From Flavobacteriaceae bacterium (GTDB lineage: Bacteria > Bacteroidota > Bacteroidia > Flavobacteriales > Flavobacteriaceae), in the NCBI GenBank assembly GCA_965224465.1, contig OZ245049.1, forward strand, positions 4,320,001 to 4,352,000: a stretch of DNA of 32,000 nucleotides, written 5' to 3'. The notes under the pieces were generated by a model. The model ran no database searches. It was not told the DNA's origin and saw only the letters and a list, made by a program, of their open reading frames with translations. Position numbers and translations under genes: made by a program. This document shows, piece after piece, positions 8,611 through 18,400 of this stretch. Every line of letters starts with the position of its first letter. Position 1 is the stretch's first letter.

Positions 8611-9804
8611 TTATTTCAAAAGTGGATTTGAATTTGTTGCAGAACTTGGGTAAGGAAGTATATATTTTTCTCCTTTTAGTTTTAGATCTTCCCATCTTGT
8701 CCATTCAAAAGAAAGCTCTAATCTTCTTTCTTCATCTAAGGTTAAAGATGATTTTCTAATTTCTTGAAGTTCTGTTAAACGATTTGTATTTCCTGCTTCC
8801 GCAGAGATAAGGTACATTTCAGCAATTCTAGAAACCAACAAGTCTGAATCATCATTTGTTTTGTATTTTTTAGAATAGATATACCCATTATTTTCTTTCT
8901 TACCTTCAAAGTCAAAAAGTATTTTACGTGTATCGTCTCCTTTTATCAGTGCTGTTAAATCATCAGCTGCTGCAAAACAATTCCAATTACGAGCTTGAGG
9001 ACTCATGATATATCCCCAATACCCAGCGGTTTCAGCCTTAATTCCTTTGAACATAAAAATTACTTCGCTATCTCTTTCTAAAGGGTTTTTTGAAAGAGAA
9101 AATTTATCAGATTCAATAAGTTCTTCAGCCTCTATTGCTGCTTTTGTAAGATCTCCTTGTAGTCTGTAAACTCTAGCTAATAGAGCTGTTGCGGCTTCTT
9201 TTGTTGGTTGCTTTTGATCATTTAAAAGAGTGAGAACATTAGATGGTGTACTGTTTTCTTTTGCATATTTCAAATCTGCAATTATAAAGTTTAATACGTC
9301 TTCTTTAGAAGATGGTGCAACAGATGATCTGTCAAATTTCTCATCTATTAATGGAACACGCTCAAACATATCGTATAACCTGAGGTAGCTAAGAGCTCTA
9401 CAGTATCTTGCTCTACCACGCTGATTGTTGTCTGCATTGGTTATTTTTAAGATTACGTTTGCTCTGTCAATACCAGCATAATAATCTGCATAAAAATAGC
9501 CCAATAGAATATCTGACGCTGGCACGGTGTTCTCATAAAAGTTTTTTACTTGAAACCATTGAAACTTTACGGGTTTGTAATTATCACCCATTATTTCGGT
9601 GTTCATAATCGCAAAATACCCATAATTATTTGGGTGTCTTAGTTTTTTATAGACACCAGTTAGTAATTTATCAACGTCTTCTTTGGCTAAATCTCCTGTA
9701 GCAGAAAGAGAAGCTTCCGAAGGGATCTCTAATTCTTTACTACAAGATGAGATTGTAAGTGTTGATACTCCTATACAGAGTATCATTATAAGTTTTTTTA
9801 ACAT
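8611..9804 (-). CDS. susD: SusD/RagB-family nutrient-binding outer-membrane lipoprotein (pair 1, short at 397 aa)
   Basis: Lipoprotein signal ...LTISSCSKE. The body has TPR-like SusD blocks (YFYADYYAGIDRANVIL, RARYCRALSYLRLYDMF, AATALLARVYRLQGD, AEMYLISAEA). It starts 11 nt after the susC stop. Confidence 0.88.
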   Translation of the reverse strand: MLKKLIMILCIGVSTLTISSCSKELEIPSEASLSATGDLAKEDVDKLLTGVYKKLRHPNNYGYFAIMNTEIMGDNYKPVKFQWFQVKNFYENTVPASDILLGYFYADYYAGIDRANVILKITNADNNQRGRARYCRALSYLRLYDMFERVPLIDEKFDRSSVAPSSKEDVLNFIIADLKYAKENSTPSNVLTLLNDQKQPTKEAATALLARVYRLQGDLTKAAIEAEELIESDKFSLSKNPLERDSEVIFMFKGIKAETAGYWGYIMSPQARNWNCFAAADDLTALIKGDDTRKILFDFEGKKENNGYIYSKKYKTNDDSDLLVSRIAEMYLISAEAGNTNRLTELQEIRKSSLTLDEERRLELSFEWTRWEDLKLKGEKYILPYPSSATNSNPLLK

Positions 9805-9815
9805 AATTAATTTTT

Positions 9816-12800
9816 TTAGAATTTAATATTTAGACCGATCAAAAATGATTTTATATTAGGTATTCCTCCTAAATCAACCCCTGCTGTAATTTTACTTGTG
9901 TCAGATCTGTCTTGTCCTTTTTCTGAATTTTGATTTACATAACTAACTTCTGGATCTGCTCCAGAATACTTGGTAAATGTAAATGCATTTCTAGCTTGAA
10001 TATAAAGTCTCATTGATTTTAAAAAGTCTAAATTCTTAAGATTCAATGATTTAAAATTATACCCAATAGTGATGTCAGAAATTCTAAAATAATCAGCATC
10101 TTCTATAAATCTAGATGAACGTGCTGTATTCCATGTTGAAATTTTTGAAGATAAATGTGGTCTTGGAACTGAAGCGTTTGTGTTTTCAGGAGTCCAATAA
10201 TCTAACATTTCTGTGATCATGTTTTCAGAATATGATGGAGCTCCTACACTACCACCATTTAGAGCACCTGTTTTGTAATCAGTAAATATCTTTTTTCCTA
10301 AAGAATATTGACCACTAATAGATAGGTCTAGTCCTTTGAATGATACTTGAGTATGAAGTCCTCCATAAATTGGAGCAATTCCACCAGCAAAGACTTTTTT
10401 GTCAGCATCATTAATTTTTCCATCTTTATTTTGGTCAACATATAACATATCTCCTGCGGCTACAGTAATACCAGCTTTCCCATCTTTATCCATATAGGTT
10501 GTTGATTTTTGTGCGATTCCGTTTGCTTCCCATACGTAGAATGAACCTAGACTTTCTCCTTCTTTTACGATAGAAACAAAACCTGTTGTATATTCTCCTT
10601 TTTCTGTTCCTATACTTACTACTTCATTATTATTGTAAGAGAAGTTTACTCCAAAGTCCCAGTTGAAATTATCGGTATGAACCAAATTTGAATTTAAGTC
10701 AATTTCAAATCCTTCATTTAGGATGGTACCTACGTTGGTAAGCATTGTTCTGTATCCACTTTCTTGTGGTACATTAATTCTACTTAATAAATCTTGAGTT
10801 TCTTTTTTGTAGTAATCAAAAGTAAGGTCAAATCTATCTAACAAAGTAAGGTTTAATCCAATGTTAATTGCCTCTCCTTTTTCCCAAGTTAAATTAGGAT
10901 TGTAGATATTTGTAGCGGCTAATCCTGGGTTTTTGTCATAATTTTGACCAGCACCAATAAGGTTTTGACCAGATGAATATGAAATTCCTGTTTGATTTCC
11001 TGTATACCCTAAAGAAGCTCTTAATTTTAAGTTGTTTATTTGAGGGATGTTAAAGAATTTTTCATTCGAAATAGTCCATCCTGCTGATACTGCAGGGAAG
11101 CTTCCCCATCTGTTATCTTTAGTAAATTTAGAAGACCCGTCATATCTAGTAGATATCATTAGGTGATATTTACTATCCAAAGACATCTGTATTCTTGTAA
11201 AATAAGATTCTAGTGCCATTCCTTTCATGTAACTACGCCCTTTATTTATTACTCCTGCGGAAGTCAACCATTTTAAATCACTTGAAGGAAAGTTCTCACC
11301 TTGAACATAAGAATCTTCATATTCCCATTTTTGGAAGGAATGACCTGCTAAGAAATTAAATTTTAATCTGTCATCAAAAAGTTTCTTTGTGAAATTAAGG
11401 GTGTTTTCTATTTGATAATCGCGATTATTAGAAGTTGCATAGTATCCATAACCTGTAGGTATTCCCTTTCCATTTAAACCTCTCTTTGTGTTTGGAGCAT
11501 CATACCTGTTGTAACGATTACTGTGTATGTTACCACTGTATGATGAGTGCCATACAAGACCGTCAATTGGTTTTGCATCAAAGTAGAAAGTACCTCCAAC
11601 ATTTTGCCATTTATCTGTAAGCTGTCTTTCGAAGGCGTATAATGGATTGATAAAGTTGTAATCTGCAATTTTACCATTAGCATCTCGTGGGCTTACGTCT
11701 GGTCTAGCTTGCATCGCCTTAGAATAGGGTTGATACGTACTGTTATCATCAGCTACTGGAGTTGATTCTGAATATGAGAAATAAGAGCGCACTCCAATAT
11801 TAATAAATTTATTTAGCTTTTGCTCTACATTCAGTCTTACTCTCGCTTTTTTGTAAGAATCTTTTTTGATAATTCCGTTTTGCTTAAATATCGAACTTGA
11901 TAAATATGCTTTTGTGTTTTCTCCACCACCAGAAACACTCAATTGATTTCTTTGAACAATTGGACTATTTCTTAAAACATGTTTCATCCAGTCGGTGTCA
12001 ACATCGCTACTAGGCAATGGGTTTAGCTCTGTAGGATCTTTTGGTCCGAACAATGCTCCGCTTGCAATATCATTTTCGTAATTTACTCTCGCTGCATCCA
12101 ATACTTGCTTGTACTGTTTTGCATTTAACATATGTGGAGATTTTACAATGTCTTGGATTCCATAAGAGCTAGAAAAAGAAACTACAGTTTCTTGATCGTA
12201 ACTTCCTTTTTTTGTTTCGATAAGGATTACCCCATTCGATGCTCGTGATCCATAAATTGCGGTAGAAGCAGCATCTTTTAAAATACTAATGCTCTTAATG
12301 TCTTCTGTAGAAATACTCCCCATACTTTCTTGAGGGACTCCATCAATGATGTATAACGCACCATTAGATGCACTTAGCGATCCATTTCCTCTAATACTAA
12401 TTTGAGTTCCGTCTCCTGATCTTCCTCCTGTACTTACAATTTGTAATCCAGCAGATTTACCTTGTAAAGCTTGTGCAATATCAGCAACTGGTTTGTCTTG
12501 CAAATCGCTAGCACTTATTGTAGAGATAGACCCCGTTAAATCTTTTTTAGAAGTTGTACCATATCCAACTACAATTACTTCTTCAAGTAAGTTAGAGCTA
12601 ATCATGGTAACATTTAGTTTATTGGATGCGCCAACTTTTTTGGTTACATCATTCATTCCAACATAGCTAAAGCTTAGGATGTCACCAGTTTTTGCTGTAA
12701 TGGTATATAAACCATCAAAATCTGTTTCAACTCCAGTACTTGTACCTTTGATTATTACACTTACTCCTGGTAGAGAACCGGTGTCATCCGATACGATTCC

Positions 12801-12884
12801 AGAAATTTGTCTTTCTTGTGCAAAAGAAAGTTGCACAACTAACGCTAACAAGAGCGTTAAAATTCCATTAAACTTTGTTTTCAT
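9816..12884 (-). CDS. susC: SusC/RagA-family TonB-dependent outer-membrane transporter (pair 1, 1022 aa)
   Basis: Signal peptide MKTKFNGILTLLLALVVQLSFAQ is followed by a carboxypeptidase-regulatory-like domain (ISGIVSDDTGSLPGVSVIIKGT...DFDGLYTI). Next come the TonB-box/plug region (LEEVIVVGYGT...DIAQALQGKSAGLQI, ...IIDGVP...IKSISILKDAASTAIYGSRASNGVILIETKKG). The barrel ends ...GLNIKF. There is no STN signalling extension. Confidence 0.95.
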   Translation of the reverse strand: MKTKFNGILTLLLALVVQLSFAQERQISGIVSDDTGSLPGVSVIIKGTSTGVETDFDGLYTITAKTGDILSFSYVGMNDVTKKVGASNKLNVTMISSNLLEEVIVVGYGTTSKKDLTGSISTISASDLQDKPVADIAQALQGKSAGLQIVSTGGRSGDGTQISIRGNGSLSASNGALYIIDGVPQESMGSISTEDIKSISILKDAASTAIYGSRASNGVILIETKKGSYDQETVVSFSSSYGIQDIVKSPHMLNAKQYKQVLDAARVNYENDIASGALFGPKDPTELNPLPSSDVDTDWMKHVLRNSPIVQRNQLSVSGGGENTKAYLSSSIFKQNGIIKKDSYKKARVRLNVEQKLNKFINIGVRSYFSYSESTPVADDNSTYQPYSKAMQARPDVSPRDANGKIADYNFINPLYAFERQLTDKWQNVGGTFYFDAKPIDGLVWHSSYSGNIHSNRYNRYDAPNTKRGLNGKGIPTGYGYYATSNNRDYQIENTLNFTKKLFDDRLKFNFLAGHSFQKWEYEDSYVQGENFPSSDLKWLTSAGVINKGRSYMKGMALESYFTRIQMSLDSKYHLMISTRYDGSSKFTKDNRWGSFPAVSAGWTISNEKFFNIPQINNLKLRASLGYTGNQTGISYSSGQNLIGAGQNYDKNPGLAATNIYNPNLTWEKGEAINIGLNLTLLDRFDLTFDYYKKETQDLLSRINVPQESGYRTMLTNVGTILNEGFEIDLNSNLVHTDNFNWDFGVNFSYNNNEVVSIGTEKGEYTTGFVSIVKEGESLGSFYVWEANGIAQKSTTYMDKDGKAGITVAAGDMLYVDQNKDGKINDADKKVFAGGIAPIYGGLHTQVSFKGLDLSISGQYSLGKKIFTDYKTGALNGGSVGAPSYSENMITEMLDYWTPENTNASVPRPHLSSKISTWNTARSSRFIEDADYFRISDITIGYNFKSLNLKNLDFLKSMRLYIQARNAFTFTKYSGADPEVSYVNQNSEKGQDRSDTSKITAGVDLGGIPNIKSFLIGLNIKF

Positions 12885-13333
12885 TTGAGAAAATATTTGA
12901 ATTAATTTTATTTGGACTCTATGTTCTAACTATTAGGTATTGTGACCATCTGGTTAATAAGACGGCGCATAGTCGCTATGTAATTAGTCTTTAGAGAGCC
13001 GTAAAGCTAGAGTAATTAATTTTTGAAGTGTTTTGGTTGTTTTTGTATAATAATCATTTATTTAACGGTATTGTTAGTTATTTATGGGTGTTATTTGACA
13101 TGTGCTTAAGTGAAGTTGTATTAATATTGCCTCTGTTGAATAAAAATGTAAAAATATAAGATTATTATATTTGTAGATACTGTTAATAAAAGCTTAAAAT
13201 TATATGTAAAGTTTTAATTTTACTTATGAAATTTATGTTTTATGTAGTGTTTGAATACAGGGGTTTTAGGCTTTTTTTGTGTATAGAGGTTTAACCTATA
13301 TTTTGTTTTGTATGGTTTATATGTTTTTTTTTA
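12885..13333 (-). promoter_or_regulatory. conserved long AT-rich leader / upstream region of susC (pair 1)
   Basis: About 450 nt with no ORF of 60 aa or more, alignable along its whole length with 18655-19098. The first 37 nt upstream of the ATG are identical. Blocks of it recur at 25838-26187. I could not pinpoint a promoter. Confidence 0.5.
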
Positions 13334-13454
13334 GGGTAAACTTATACTTTAATTTTTTTAACAAATATGCTAGATTTCAACCTTCTTTAGTCTTTTTTCT
13401 GTAATGCGTTGTTTCTTTGCTTTTTATTTCTCAATAAATTAAGTGTAATTTTTA

Positions 13455-13866
13455 ATAGCTATTGAATAGTTTTGAGCAGTATTTTTATTTCCTTTCTATA
13501 GGAGTCTTAAGAAGTGACATATTGTGCATTGTAATTTATTTTCTACACCCTAATGAGAACGCATGACCTTGTTGATTTACTGCTGTATCTTTTAAGTTAG
13601 AAATGTAATCTTGAATTTGCCATTTCTTACAGTGATTTTTAAAACAGCAAGCCCATTTATATTTTTTTATTGAATAGATGCCAGCGGAAAACAATGCTTC
13701 GAAAATAGAAATCTGTTATTTAAAAGTTTAATAAAAATCTCAGGGAAGTTCAAAAAAGAAGAGGCGGACAGGTTTTTTCTGAGAAAATATATATTATTGA
13801 TACCATTTTCAAAAACGGAATGAATGTTTTGAATAGCCTAGCTATTATTTCTGAATTTGTGTTTTA
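13455..13866 (+). mobile_element. decayed C-terminal remnant of an IS256-family (mutator-type) transposase
   Basis: The frame at 13674-13823 reads IDASGKQCFENRNLLFKSLIKISGKFKKEEADRFFLRKY. This matches the IS256 C-terminal pattern E-x-x-N-x3-(R/K)-x3-K-x2-G-x-F-x2-(D/E)EA at exact spacing. Upstream frames give ...SDILCIV / HIVHCN (CIVH-like) and HDLVDLLLY (DLK.IY-like). A shifted frame ends ...FKNGMNVLNSLAIISEFVF*. Several stops and frameshifts are present and no N-terminal two-thirds was found. Confidence 0.5.
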
Positions 13867-13884
13867 AATCGGATAATTTATTGA

Positions 13885-13916
13885 CTAAAAAACCCACCTC
13901 TGTATGGAGGTGGGTT
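13885..13916 (-). terminator. intrinsic terminator downstream of susD (pair 2)
   Basis: CCCACCTC-tgtatg-GAGGTGGG forms a perfect 8-bp GC-rich stem, extendable by 2 A:T pairs. On the minus strand it is followed by TTTTTT. It lies 24 nt after the stop codon. Confidence 0.9.
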
Positions 13917-13939
13917 AGATTGTTATTTATTAACTAAAA

Positions 13940-15418
13940 TTAGTTGATAAAAGGATTGTTTTGGATTTCTGATTGTGGAACTTCAAAAGTTAATCTTTCA
14001 TCATTATACTTAATCTCTTCACCTACATGGTTTAAGTGATTTTCTCCTCTAATGGTGGTAAGTTTATTACGTTTCATAGAAAGGTAACTTTTACCTTCAC
14101 CCCACATTTCAATACGTGTTTGAAGGATAATCTCATCTAATAAATCTTGACCAGACAAATTGTTAATGTAATCATAGTCATTAGCGTGATCAAAGCGTTT
14201 AGATAATAATTGTTTTAAGTACGATATAGCGACTCCGTTCTGACCTTCTTTTGCTGCCATCTCTGCCGCTAATAAAACCATTTCTTCAACTCTCATGTAA
14301 ACATAATCATCGGTAACAGTTCTATTTCCAAATACTTCCCGTTTTTCGTTATAAAATTTCTTATAGGGAGTTAACTCGTACTTATCACCTGGTTCATCTT
14401 TAAACTGGATTTTTCTATAATCGTTGGTTTTAATTGCATCGTACAAATTTCTATCTATTGCTTTTGTATTTCCAACTGCTGCGTAGCTATATGTAAATAT
14501 GTCAATTTGTCCCCAAAACGAAATTAAATCTAAACCTTGGTTTACAGTAATATCTACTCCCCAAATCCATGATGGAGTAGCAACATCATTAAATCCTCCA
14601 GTTATTTCATCTTTGCTTGTTAATGGATATGCTGCTGCAACGTCTTTTGCTAGAGATAGGGCTTTTAGATTGTTTTCACTTGTTCCCGTTGATGCATATA
14701 CATACGCTAATAAGCTTTTTGCAACATCTTGGTTTATTTCGTATTTGGCGCTTCTGTCAAAGCCTTTTAATAACGTAACTGCTTGTTCCAAATCACTAAT
14801 CATTAGTTTATAAACATCTTCCGTTGAACTTTGGGGTTGGTTTGGTTGGTCAGGGCTTGTATATATTGGAAGGATTTTAGATGCGGGATCATATTCTTTT
14901 ATAAAGTACTGGCTTAAATAAAAATATGCATACGCTCGCATTGCTTTTGCTTGTCCATAATTATAGGCATTGTCTTTTTCAACTACAGCGTCGTTTCCTC
15001 CTAATGTTTTAATCATTAAGTTAGTTGAACGAATAATTCTATAATAGAATCTCCAAGGTTTGTAATTCGCATTATCTGTATAATCTACGGTTGCTTTTAA
15101 TTGAGTTAGTCTTGTGTACCATCCGTAACGTCCTACAGATAATGCCATGTCGCTACTTAACATATCTCCATAAATATCATATCCTTTTTGACCTAAGTCA
15201 TCATGATTTTTTGTTCCTCCTGTACCTATTGTAAACATGTTAGAGTAGATTCCGTTTAAGGTGCCTTCTAAAACAGTAGGGTTTAATTTCCCAGATTCAT
15301 CTAAATCACTTTCATTTATAAATTCAGTTGGACTTTTATCTAAAAAATCTTCTGAACAACTACTGGCTGTATATAGTACACTACATACAACGAAAAGTTT
15401 AAAAATATTATTTTTCAT
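13940..15418 (-). CDS. susD: SusD/RagB-family nutrient-binding outer-membrane lipoprotein (pair 2, 492 aa)
   Basis: Lipoprotein signal ...LYTASSCSEDFLD. SusD blocks include RFYYRIIRSTNLMI, AKAMRAYAYFYLSQYF, SLLAYVYA, MRVEEMVLLAAEMA and the C-terminal IILQTRIEMWGEGKSYLSMKR ... ERLTFEVPQSEIQNNP. Confidence 0.92.
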   Translation of the reverse strand: MKNNIFKLFVVCSVLYTASSCSEDFLDKSPTEFINESDLDESGKLNPTVLEGTLNGIYSNMFTIGTGGTKNHDDLGQKGYDIYGDMLSSDMALSVGRYGWYTRLTQLKATVDYTDNANYKPWRFYYRIIRSTNLMIKTLGGNDAVVEKDNAYNYGQAKAMRAYAYFYLSQYFIKEYDPASKILPIYTSPDQPNQPQSSTEDVYKLMISDLEQAVTLLKGFDRSAKYEINQDVAKSLLAYVYASTGTSENNLKALSLAKDVAAAYPLTSKDEITGGFNDVATPSWIWGVDITVNQGLDLISFWGQIDIFTYSYAAVGNTKAIDRNLYDAIKTNDYRKIQFKDEPGDKYELTPYKKFYNEKREVFGNRTVTDDYVYMRVEEMVLLAAEMAAKEGQNGVAISYLKQLLSKRFDHANDYDYINNLSGQDLLDEIILQTRIEMWGEGKSYLSMKRNKLTTIRGENHLNHVGEEIKYNDERLTFEVPQSEIQNNPFIN

Positions 15419-15438
15419 TTTATATCGTTTTTTAAGGA

Positions 15439-18400
15439 TTAAAACTTAACACGTACGCCTAGTGTTATTGTTGTTAAAGGTGAATATCTGTAGGTGCTGG
15501 TTGCACCTGTTTCTGATGTTGAAGGGTTAAAACCATCTCTCTTACTTAATAATAATAAATTATCGCCAGCCAACCAGATGTTTACATTCGAAATCCCTGC
15601 TTTTTCTACAAAAGTATCTTTTAGGGTGTATCCTAATTTTAAGTTACTAAGAGCTAAGTAGTCAGAAGATATAACAAATCTTGTGGAGGCTTTATTTACA
15701 TTCGTATTTTCATTACTAATTAATCTTGGAACATCTGTAATATCGCCTGGTTTTTTCCAACTATTTTTAATATCCTTGTGCCAGTTGTTGTCTCCGATTC
15801 TATCATTATGCATTAGGATTGCATAGGCTCCATCATAAGAATAACCACCTAAACTGTATGCGAATTGAGTACTGAAGTCGAATGCATGATACCTACCTCT
15901 TAATCTAAATGCACCTCTTACCTTTGGGATAGCTGATTTTCCAAAGTATTTTTGTGTTGCGTCTTGGTATACATTTGTCGTTTTCTTACTTATCTTATGA
16001 GTTGGATTTAGATTTTGGTATTCAGTTAAACTTTTAATTTTTTCACCAGAGTCTATGTTTCCATTACCGTTGGCATCGTGGTAATAAACATTCCATAACG
16101 GATCTCCATTTTCTTTGTCAACACCTGCCCATTCTCTTAAGTACATGTCATATAGTGAATGTCCTACGGATCTACCATATCTTCCACTTACGTTTAATAC
16201 TTTTTGTTTACCAGTAGAAGGATCTATTGGCATTGCTATTAATTCATTATTTAACATTTCACCGTTGATTCCAAAGTCTATCATAAAATTTTCTTTTTGA
16301 ATTAAATGACCAGTAATGTCAAATTCGAAACCACTATTTCTAAGTTGTCCATCATTTACTCTAATTAGAGCATCTCCTATAGAAGGTCCCATTTTTCTGT
16401 CAAAAATTAGGTTATCTGTATTTTTGATGTAATAGTCAAAAGATACATCTAGTTTATTGTTAAATAATGTTGCCTCTGTACCTGCTTGGAATATTTTGGT
16501 AGTTTCCCAAGTTAAATTTGGATTTTGAACAGCTTTAACTCCTAAAGAAATGTTGTTGTTTAGGTTGTTCATTGTGTATGAGTTCTGTCCAGAATATATT
16601 CCTACTCCAGCTTGATCACCAATGAATCCATAACTAGTTTTAAGTTTTAAGAAATCTACAAATTGTACATTCTGCATAAAATTTTCTTTGTTCAATAACC
16701 AAGAGAAACCAATAGAACCAAAGTTTCCCCATTTATCTTTTGCAAAACGAGAAGAACCATCACGTCGAAGTGAACCTGTTACATAGTATTTTTGATTGTA
16801 GTTGTAGTTTATTTGACCAAAATAACTTTCGATACTTGATTCTAATTGGTATCCTTCTGAGGGTGACGATGTTCTTACGTAGTTGTTTAGTTGATCTAAA
16901 CCATGAATCAAATTCACAACGTTTTCTTTACTAGCGTTTGAATAATTGTATTTGTATTGGTTGGATTCATGTGCTAATATAATTTCAACAGTATGTTCTT
17001 TTATACTTTTTGAATATCGTAACAAGTTTAATATGTTTTGCGTTAGAGCGTCTGAATTGGTTTGGTAAATGCTTCCATTATTGGCCGCTCCACTTCCATA
17101 GAATGGGTTGTTTATGCTATTATATGTTCTACTATAATATTGGACTCCATATTTGTTTTCTAAACTAAGGTTTTCTGCTAAATCAATATTGATTGAGAAG
17201 TTTCCATTAAATGAGTGTCTATTATTTCCTCTGCTATTATGTTGAGCGTCAGATATTGAATTCGTTAAAGCACCAAATCCCCTTCCTGATTCTCCATAAT
17301 CATATATATTCCCCCCAAATTTTGGGTCAGGAATTTTATTTCCGTCTTTATCTCTTAGAAATAAAGGATATATAGAAGGGATATTATCGATAAACCAAAA
17401 AACACTCCCTGAATCACTAGTTTGCCCGTTATTCATAGTTTCAGAATATGCATAACCAATGTTTGCGTTTGCTGTCATGTATTCTTTAGGTTTGTGAGTC
17501 AAGTTTAAACGCGTTGATAAACGTTTATAATTAGAGTTAATTACATAACCTTGATCGTCTAGGTGACCGAAAGAAGCAAAATATTTAGTGTTTTTATTTC
17601 CTCCACTCATTTTTAAGTTAGCTTCTGTTCTAAGTGATGTTTGAAATCCATAATCTCCCCATTTTTCAGGTGTGTATCTAGTTGTTACTCCAGGTCTTAC
17701 TTTACCGGTTTGAGGGTCAATTATTTGTGAGACATCTGTTGTGTTATATAAATTGTAATTTGTGTTAATACCATGTTTATTATTGAATAAATACTTGTTT
17801 GCGTAAGCTACAGGGTCACTGGTTGGGTCAAGGTCTAAAGCTCTATTTGCCATTGCTTGCCAAGATAATGCGATATATTCGTTAGGGTCACTAACGGTAT
17901 TGTATCGGGGTAAATAGCTGAAGTTGTATCCAGTTTTAACGTCTACCTCCATTGTTGGTTCACCGTTTTTACCAGTCTTTGTTTGAATTAAAATCACTCC
18001 ATTAGCTCCACGAGATCCGTAAATTGCTGTTGCTGTTGCGTCTTTTAATACTGTAGTTGAAGCAATATCTGATGGGTTTATTGAATTTATACTTCCGGAA
18101 AAAGGAACTCCATCAACAACATATAATGGATCTCTATTCCCATTGATCGATCCAAAACCTCTAATACGAATTGTAGCAGTTGTACCTGGTTGTCCAGAGG
18201 TGTTAATTACATTTACACCAGCTACTTCACCAGCCAATGCTTGGGATATGTTAGAAACACTTTTAAGTTCTAATACATCTGACTTTACTACTTTTGCGCT
18301 ACCAGTAAAAGACTGTCTTGTTGTAGTCCCATATCCTATGATTACAACTTCTTCTAAAAGATTTCCGTTTTCAAGTACTACGTTTATTTCTTTTGAGTTG

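Noticed and set aside
12679-12888. Antisense ORFs opposite the susC N-termini give similar peptides (…KPSKSVSTP.LVPLIITLTPG…). They lie at 12679..12888, 18143..18658 and 25644..25853, with a further one at 25107..25517.
   Set aside because: Their conservation follows directly from the near-identical susC 5' coding sequence on the other strand. They are nested in a far longer ORF with clear family identity and have no independent start or stop context.
12885-13333. A cobalamin or other known riboswitch in the long leaders upstream of the TonB-dependent transporters.
   Set aside because: The leaders are extremely AT-rich and I saw no B12-box-like element or other conserved GC-rich helices. Local stems seen in one copy (for example ACGGC…GCCGT at about 12980-13015) are not preserved in the paralogous leader.
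13560-13866. My first reading of this remnant was an IS66-family TnpC C-terminus, based on …PAENNASK… resembling NNxAEN and …FKNGMNVLNSL… resembling TCKxNGxNP.
   Set aside because: The spacing between the two motifs does not fit IS66. A different frame gives a gap-free match to the IS256/mutator C-terminal signature, with CIVH-like and DLK.IY-like pieces upstream in the right order.
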